Below, piece after piece: positions 58,124 through 64,000 of a stretch of 64,000 nucleotides of DNA. The DNA is from Candidatus Hecatella orcuttiae. GTDB lineage: Archaea > Thermoproteota > Bathyarchaeia > Hecatellales > Hecatellaceae. The notes under the pieces are model-generated. The model saw only the letters and a list, made by a program, of their open reading frames with translations, had not been told where the DNA came from and ran no database searches. Made by a program: the position numbers and the translations under genes. The stretch spans positions 32,001 to 96,000 of the forward strand of contig MTLY02000001.1 of NCBI GenBank assembly GCA_002011035.2, in the 5' to 3' direction. The first letter of the stretch is position 1, and the number at the start of each line of letters is the position of its first letter.

Positions 58124-59206
58124 TTAATACGAAAGAATTCGCTTCGGGTTATCTATCATCATAGTGCGAATTTGCTTTTTAGATACCCCCATGTATCTCA
58201 GCCTAGGAACGATGTGTTTCAGTATATGCGCGTAGCCCCAGCCTCCATATTTCACCCTTTGAAGTTTTGTGAAAACATCTTGGGACATCATGAGCTGTTT
58301 TTCATAGCCTTGGTCGCATAGTTCTGCAATGGCCAGTAACCGCTCATTATCGCTGACGAATAAAGCTCCAGGCCACAGGCTGTTCCACCAGCTTTCATTG
58401 CCAATGGTGTCATATTCCAAGATTATTGGATATTTATCCATGAGTTTTTTATGAAATTCAACGTTAACTTTGGATCTGTCATCACTACAAGTCAAGTCCA
58501 TGTGACTCATATAGAACTTTTCTAGATTCGCTCCTTCCTTTTCTATCATCTTTATTATATTCTCCTGGTCAAAGACTTTCTTTTTCTTCTCCACGTCTAG
58601 AAGCGTTGGATGTATGGTGAAGGGCGCTCCCGTTTCTTTCTGAGCCCGAGCTGCCCCTCTGAATACTTTTTCCTCTTCTTCCGATATGGGGTAAAGAGTA
58701 GCGCATTTTATGACGCCTGCTTTTATTTCGGTTTCAACCGGATAGCTTATGCCCTCCGTTAACTCCTTCACGATGAAGTCGCGCACTCCGTCAATGTCCA
58801 TTTTCTTTACCAAAGGCGGGTGAGATAAACCGATGTAGAAGCCTGAAGGACAAATTATGTTGATGCCTGTAGCTTGGGAGATTTTCCTCAGGGCTAACGG
58901 ATCCCTTCCTACTCCCGGGCAAGTCAACTCCACTAAGCTGTTGCCACCCCAGTGTTTGAATTCCATCAATTCCTCAATAGCTTCATCCACGTCAAGCATT
59001 GTCAAATTGTTGCAAGATACACCGGCATCCCGCAGAAGATCCCCCCGATTCGCCAAGGTTATCGGCGCGTCGACCAGCGCTCTTTTCCTTCCTTCATCAG
59101 GAGCCGTATGCCAAACTGTAAATGTGCAGATGAGATGCTCATGGGGTAGTGTTAACTTCAACTCTTCCGGCGAAATAGGACCGTTAACAGTTTCCACCCT
59201 AGCCAT
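58124..59206 (-). CDS. Phosphotriesterase-family (PTE/PLL) metallohydrolase
   Basis: VETVNGPI, HEH, GRDP, IK, IHP, SHMD, SQD and DNPKR; start placed at ATG 59206 after GGAGGTG. Confidence 0.88.
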   Translation of the reverse strand: MARVETVNGPISPEELKLTLPHEHLICTFTVWHTAPDEGRKRALVDAPITLANRGDLLRDAGVSCNNLTMLDVDEAIEELMEFKHWGGNSLVELTCPGVGRDPLALRKISQATGINIICPSGFYIGLSHPPLVKKMDIDGVRDFIVKELTEGISYPVETEIKAGVIKCATLYPISEEEEKVFRGAARAQKETGAPFTIHPTLLDVEKKKKVFDQENIIKMIEKEGANLEKFYMSHMDLTCSDDRSKVNVEFHKKLMDKYPIILEYDTIGNESWWNSLWPGALFVSDNERLLAIAELCDQGYEKQLMMSQDVFTKLQRVKYGGWGYAHILKHIVPRLRYMGVSKKQIRTMMIDNPKRILSY

Positions 59207-59480
59207 GTGTCCACACCTCCAGATTTCCATGAGTAGCGAGGTTTCCATCCCTCAACTTCAGGGAGCACAATTGAGTAATACCCTCCATTCAATTAATCAG
59301 CTTAGTTTGCATGTCGCTTAAAAATATTTTGCACACTCCAATGAGAAGCCTTCCTGAGCCAACTTCGATGAAGATTTTTTAAAGGTTCTTTGGTGAATGT
59401 GAACTTCTCCCGTAACCTATTTAAAGTAGAACGGTGAATTTTTCAATCGCGTATTTCGTGACATCATCGGATGAAGCCCT

Positions 59481-60572
59481 ATGGCAACTGTCAAAGTATC
59501 GTTAGAGAACGTGACAAAAAAATTTGGAGATATTACCGCTGTTAACAGGATCAGTTTAGATGTGAAAGAAGGGGAATTTCTATGCTTACTCGGGCCTTCA
59601 GGTGCCGGTAAGACTACCACACTCAGACTCATAGCTGGTACTGAAACGCATGACGAGGGAAATATATACATTGATGGAGTGCTTGTGAACGATCTTCCCC
59701 CTAAAGACCGAGACGTAGCCATGGTTTTTCAAACCTATGCTCTCTACCCGAATAAAACAGTCTTTGAAAACATAGCCTTCCCGTTGAAGGTAAGAGGGAC
59801 GCCTAGGGACGAAGTTGAGAAGAAAGTTTTAGAAGTTGCAAAAACCTTGGGAATAGAAAAATTGCTCGATAGGCTTCCGGCATTGCTCAGTGGAGGTGAA
59901 CGGCAGAGAGTTGCCATTGCTAGGGCGATAGTGAGAAGACCTAAAGTGTACTTGATGGATGAGCCCTTAACGAACTTAGATGCAAAACTTAGAGTTCTTA
60001 TGAGGTCTGAGATTAAAAGAATGCAGCAGCAACTTCAGATAACGGGGATTTATGCCACTCCAGATCTATTTGAAGCTATGAGCATAGGTGATAGGATCGC
60101 TGTTATGAGCAAGGGCTCTGTTCTCCAATGCGATAATGCGGAGAGTTTGTACAATAAACCCAAGCATATAATTGTTGCTGAAACCATGTGCAGTCCGCGA
60201 ATTAACCTGATAAACTGCACTTTAAACGAGAAGAATGGAAAAATCATGCTCGACGCGGGAGATTTTGTCTACGATATGACAGAACTGAAAGATGTAGTCA
60301 GCAAATTTTTAGATAAGGATGTTGTCTTAGGGGTGCGACCTGAACACGTAAATATTTTGGATAAGAAAGTCAAAGAGGCCATCCCGGCTGAGGTGATCGG
60401 CATAGATCATATCAGGCCGGAAAATGTTGTTTATTTGAAGGTGGGGGGAACCGAGCTGATAAGTTTAGCCGACGAGGTTACGGCAAGTCGAATTAAAGAT
60501 AAAGTATACTTTACCTTTGCCAATAAGCATATAATACTTTTCGACAGGAAAACTGGAAACTGCATCCTCTAA
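59481..60572 (+). CDS. Carbohydrate ABC transporter ATP-binding subunit (MalK-like), H-loop degenerate
   Basis: GPSGAGKT, LSGGERQR, MDEP, YATPD; C-terminal TOBE region. Confidence 0.9.
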   Translation: MATVKVSLENVTKKFGDITAVNRISLDVKEGEFLCLLGPSGAGKTTTLRLIAGTETHDEGNIYIDGVLVNDLPPKDRDVAMVFQTYALYPNKTVFENIAFPLKVRGTPRDEVEKKVLEVAKTLGIEKLLDRLPALLSGGERQRVAIARAIVRRPKVYLMDEPLTNLDAKLRVLMRSEIKRMQQQLQITGIYATPDLFEAMSIGDRIAVMSKGSVLQCDNAESLYNKPKHIIVAETMCSPRINLINCTLNEKNGKIMLDAGDFVYDMTELKDVVSKFLDKDVVLGVRPEHVNILDKKVKEAIPAEVIGIDHIRPENVVYLKVGGTELISLADEVTASRIKDKVYFTFANKHIILFDRKTGNCIL

Positions 60573-60585
60573 GGAAGCGAGAAAA

Positions 60586-61674
60586 ATGGTTTCTGTCCGT
60601 TTGGAAAAACTCACAAAAACCTTTGGGAAAACGATAGCGGTCAATGAGCTAGATTTGACTATAAAGGATGGGGAATTTTTATGTTTACTCGGGCCCTCAG
60701 GCTGCGGTAAAACAACGACGCTTAGAATGATCGCAGGTTTAGAAACACCGACGAAGGGAGAAATCTACATAGGAGACGTGCTTGTGAACGATCTTCCTTC
60801 TAAAGATCGAGATGTAGCTATGGTTTTCCAGTTTTACGCCATCTATCCTGAAATGAAAGTTTTTGACCAGATTGCCTTCCCCTTGAAAATGTTGAAGAAA
60901 CCAAAAGAAGAGATCGATAAAGCCGTTAAAGAGGTTGCTGAACTTTTAGGAATAACTGATGTGCTTAACTTTCCTGTGGAACGCTTAACGATGGAGCAAA
61001 AGCAAAAAATTGAGCTGGGCAGGGCCATTGTAACCCAGCCTAAAGTTTACCTTTTCGACGAACCTCTCACAAACCTAGACACGAAAGTTAGAGCTCGTAC
61101 AAGGATCGAATTGAAGAAACTTCAGCAAAGGTTGAAAACGACGACTATATATGTCACCCATGACCAGCTCGAAGCTTTAACTTTAGCTGACAGAATCGCT
61201 GTGATGCACTTGGGCAGACTTCAACAATGCGATACTCCGGATATGCTTTATAGGTATCCGAAAAACTTTTTCGTAGCAGGATTCATCGGCAGTCCGCCCA
61301 TGGATTTCATAGACTGCACTCTAGTGGAGAAAGACGGTAGATTCGTACTTGATGCGGGAATTTTCAGCTATGATGTAACCGAGTTCAAAGAAGACATCGA
61401 GAAGCTTACGAATAGCCGTGAATTCGTAATCGGAGTGAGGCCTGAGTTTTTGACGTTAAGTCTGACTAAAACCGCTAACAGCCTTGCAGAGGCCTACGTG
61501 GACATCATTGAACCTTTGGGGGCTAGAATGATAGTAAATCTGAAAGTTGGAAACTATACTCTAAAAGCAAATGTGCGTAAGATGCCTTTGACAAGCGGGG
61601 AGAAAGTATGGTTTGGATTCGATAAAGATAAGCTTAGATTATTCGATAAAAAGACAGAACACTGCATCATCTAA
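60586..61674 (+). CDS. Carbohydrate ABC transporter ATP-binding subunit (MalK-like), signature degenerate
   Basis: GPSGCGKT, LTMEQKQK, FDEP and YVTHD. Confidence 0.9.
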   Translation: MVSVRLEKLTKTFGKTIAVNELDLTIKDGEFLCLLGPSGCGKTTTLRMIAGLETPTKGEIYIGDVLVNDLPSKDRDVAMVFQFYAIYPEMKVFDQIAFPLKMLKKPKEEIDKAVKEVAELLGITDVLNFPVERLTMEQKQKIELGRAIVTQPKVYLFDEPLTNLDTKVRARTRIELKKLQQRLKTTTIYVTHDQLEALTLADRIAVMHLGRLQQCDTPDMLYRYPKNFFVAGFIGSPPMDFIDCTLVEKDGRFVLDAGIFSYDVTEFKEDIEKLTNSREFVIGVRPEFLTLSLTKTANSLAEAYVDIIEPLGARMIVNLKVGNYTLKANVRKMPLTSGEKVWFGFDKDKLRLFDKKTEHCII

Positions 61675-61731
61675 ATTTCTGCCGGCGCAGCACTATATTT
61701 TATTATTTTATCTTAGAGAAAAATTTTTCAT

Positions 61732-62586
61732 TTACTTGATAGCGCCGCTCATGATTCCTTTAATGATGTATTTTTGAAGTATAACGGCCAGGGCTATAAC
61801 TGGGAGGCTTGAAAACACACCGGCAGCCATAACCCGGGGGATAACCTGCTTCATCGGGCCCATGAACTCTAAAATAACCGGCTGAAGCATTTTGAAATCT
61901 CTCACACCGATGACGCTGGAGTACATAAGCTCATTCCATGAAATGATGAAACAGAAAACCGTAACGATCATGACGCCTGTGATGGACAGAGGCAGAACAA
62001 CCCGAAACATGGTTCCAAACCTACTCAAACCATCAACCTGTCCAGCTTCCTCCAAGTCCATGTGAACTCCTCGAAATATTGAAGCAAGCATCCATGTCAT
62101 CAGAGGAAGAATGAAGACGCTGTGAGCGAACACGACCCCCGGCAAGGTGTCTATCAAACCTAAAGCTCTCTCCACTGTTGCCACAGGTATCAGCAATGCA
62201 ACTCCTGGTAGCATATAGAAGATCACGATGGCTTGGAGGAGGACCCTGTTCACTTTAAACCTGGTCCTGACAAGGGCGTAAGCTCCCAGTGAACCTGCTG
62301 TCATTACGAAACCCGCCGTTATCAAGGCTACTAAAGCGCTGTTCACAAGCCCTTCGGTGAAAGGCGGGTAGCTTAAGAGTTCACCGTAATGGAAGACTGT
62401 AAATTTAACGGGTTTAAACGGGAAGGGGGGAGGCCTGTAAAGGTCTATTTCCCGCTGTAAACTTGAAGTAACCATCCAGAAATATGGAAAAAGTATGGTG
62501 AAAACTAAGATGGCGAAGGCTGTGTATATTCCGATTTTCCCTGCGATTTTTCTTGCTTTGTTCGGTTTTGGTATTTGAACGTTCAT
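61732..62586 (-). CDS. Carbohydrate ABC transporter permease (MalG-like)
   Basis: EAA loop LEEAGQVDG and SWNE. Confidence 0.9.
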   Translation of the reverse strand: MNVQIPKPNKARKIAGKIGIYTAFAILVFTILFPYFWMVTSSLQREIDLYRPPPFPFKPVKFTVFHYGELLSYPPFTEGLVNSALVALITAGFVMTAGSLGAYALVRTRFKVNRVLLQAIVIFYMLPGVALLIPVATVERALGLIDTLPGVVFAHSVFILPLMTWMLASIFRGVHMDLEEAGQVDGLSRFGTMFRVVLPLSITGVMIVTVFCFIISWNELMYSSVIGVRDFKMLQPVILEFMGPMKQVIPRVMAAGVFSSLPVIALAVILQKYIIKGIMSGAIK

Positions 62587-62598
62587 TTATGTTTCACC

Positions 62599-63477
62599 TC
62601 AAACAACCTTGTACCATCTGAGTGCGGTAAAAGCGAAAACTAGGCCTATCAAGGTTACTACATAGGCAAGTGTAGCTCCGTAGCCTGCATTCAAATACCA
62701 GAAGGTTGTGAGGTAAGAATAGAAAGTTAGCACATAACTTTCAGTCCCCGGGCCGCCTTTGGTGATGGAGATCACAATATCGAAACTGTAAAGTAAGGAT
62801 AGAATGGCGTTTAAAATACAATTTATGACGAATATTCCCTTGATATGCGGCCATATGACATATTTGAACCTGGAAAGAACACCAGCCTTGTAGATTTTCA
62901 CAGATTCAACAATTTCTTTTGGAACATTTTGAAGAGCTGAAAGAAATAAAAGCCCGTAGAGTGTAAAAACTTTCCAGCAGAAGAATAAAGCTAAAATATT
63001 TAATACCAGAAACGGAGTGCTGAAGAACGAAATTGCTGCGGGAATTAAGCCTAAGGTTTTCAACAGCCAATTGACAATACCGTAAGCTGAATTGAAGATC
63101 CACCAAAATATTAAGGATACAACTATCGGGGGGGTAGCCCAAGGTAGAAGAAGAAGGACTCTTCCGAAGGTGTTTCCCTTGAATTCTTGACTTAAAAGCA
63201 GGGCTGTACCTAAACCAGCTGGAACGGCTATTATGGTGGTTAAGCCGAAGAAATACAGAGTATGCCAAAGGGAGGTTATGAACACAGGGTCCGAAATCAT
63301 ATAAGCCCAATTACGCAAGCCTACAAAGGAATATTCTAGCGTCCTCAAACTTAAGTCCGTAAATGTGTAATAAAATGAAGCCCCAAGGGGATATAAAATA
63401 AAAATCGAAAGGAAAATAAAGAAGGGGGACAAGCAGAGAAGGGCGAATTTACTTTCTCTGCTTATCTTCAGAGCCAC
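62599..63477 (-). CDS. Carbohydrate ABC transporter permease (MalF-like)
   Basis: FVGLRN, LLLPW and TKGGPG; degenerate EAA loop. Confidence 0.88.
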   Translation of the reverse strand: MALKISRESKFALLCLSPFFIFLSIFILYPLGASFYYTFTDLSLRTLEYSFVGLRNWAYMISDPVFITSLWHTLYFFGLTTIIAVPAGLGTALLLSQEFKGNTFGRVLLLLPWATPPIVVSLIFWWIFNSAYGIVNWLLKTLGLIPAAISFFSTPFLVLNILALFFCWKVFTLYGLLFLSALQNVPKEIVESVKIYKAGVLSRFKYVIWPHIKGIFVINCILNAILSLLYSFDIVISITKGGPGTESYVLTFYSYLTTFWYLNAGYGATLAYVVTLIGLVFAFTALRWYKVV

Positions 63478-63504
63478 AGTTCGATTCTTCTCCTAGTGAG
63501 GCTT

Positions 63505-64000
63505 TTAGCCTCCCCTAAGCCAGTACAGCCAAGATAGCGACTCCTCAGGGGAGTTTTCCTCAATCCACTTGAGGATGTCGTCGATCTTAGCTATCACTTC
63601 CCCGGTTATCAGTCCGTCGGTCCAGGCTTCAGGATATCCGCCACCGTACTTCTCATACTCCTCGTCGACTATTTCGTCGCATTTCTCAGCAGCATCACTC
63701 ATAGCTTGCTCCGCTGTCTTTATGCCTTTGAGGGCGTTAGTTATTTCAATCTCCACAGTGTCAGTTATAGCCTGATACGCCGGTCTAATGTAGCGGCTGC
63801 ATCTATACTTCGACTGCTCCAGCTGCTCCATGATGAACATGTTCCATGGGAAAACAGCGAACCTCTCGTCATAGAAGTATGACCATCTTGTCGGACATGG
63901 CTCCTCAAGATCCGGTGTCGGCCCATTATGCAATGTCATCTGCACTTGCGTCTCTTTGCTGTGAAGGAACTTTATAAAGTCCCACGCTGCCTCCTTGTGT
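63505..64000 (-). CDS. ABC transporter solute-binding protein, C-terminal part (5' end outside window)
   Basis: Frame stays open to the window edge (..EAAWDFIKFL..); ALKGIKTAEQAMSDAA is a typical CUT1 binding-protein C-terminus; upstream of the permeases. Confidence 0.75.
   Translation of the reverse strand, partial: HKEAAWDFIKFLHSKETQVQMTLHNGPTPDLEEPCPTRWSYFYDERFAVFPWNMFIMEQLEQSKYRCSRYIRPAYQAITDTVEIEITNALKGIKTAEQAMSDAAEKCDEIVDEEYEKYGGGYPEAWTDGLITGEVIAKIDDILKWIEENSPEESLSWLYWLRGG

Overview
Archaeal chromosomal window, most consistent with a TACK-lineage anaerobe such as Bathyarchaeia (inference from multi-intron BHB tRNAs, archaeal mevalonate pathway, tetraether synthase, Mvh/Hdr and frequent TTG starts). 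Left to right: partial leuC/hacA, PD-(D/E)XK nuclease, carS, pdaD and ATP-dependent DNA ligase; a ~2.2 kb tyrosine-recombinase module bounded by two dif-like 11-6-11 sites with 17-bp terminal inverted repeats; an hdrC-hdrB-hdrA(GltD-inserted)-mvhDGA-protease operon with hypEDABCF; an acetylene-hydratase-like Mo/W enzyme; tRNA-Arg and a two-intron tRNA-Leu; a C39 peptidase/vWA islet; nfnAB; a leuB-family gene; cdc48 with a putative heat-shock regulator and shared operator; a 10-kb ether-lipid cluster (GGPPS, egsA, GGR, tes, AMPD, PMDh, IPK, MVK, SCP2-like); a tRNA-Lys(CTT) that parses with four BHB introns; and a catabolic block (MoaD/SAMP, xanthine-dehydrogenase family, Rid, PTE-like, asymmetric sugar-type ABC transporter). 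Top findings: the four-intron tRNA, the recombinase mini-element with dif-like ends, CTG/ATT start codons in core genes, and two small proteins missed by the ORF track. All calls come from motif reading by eye; no database searches were run.
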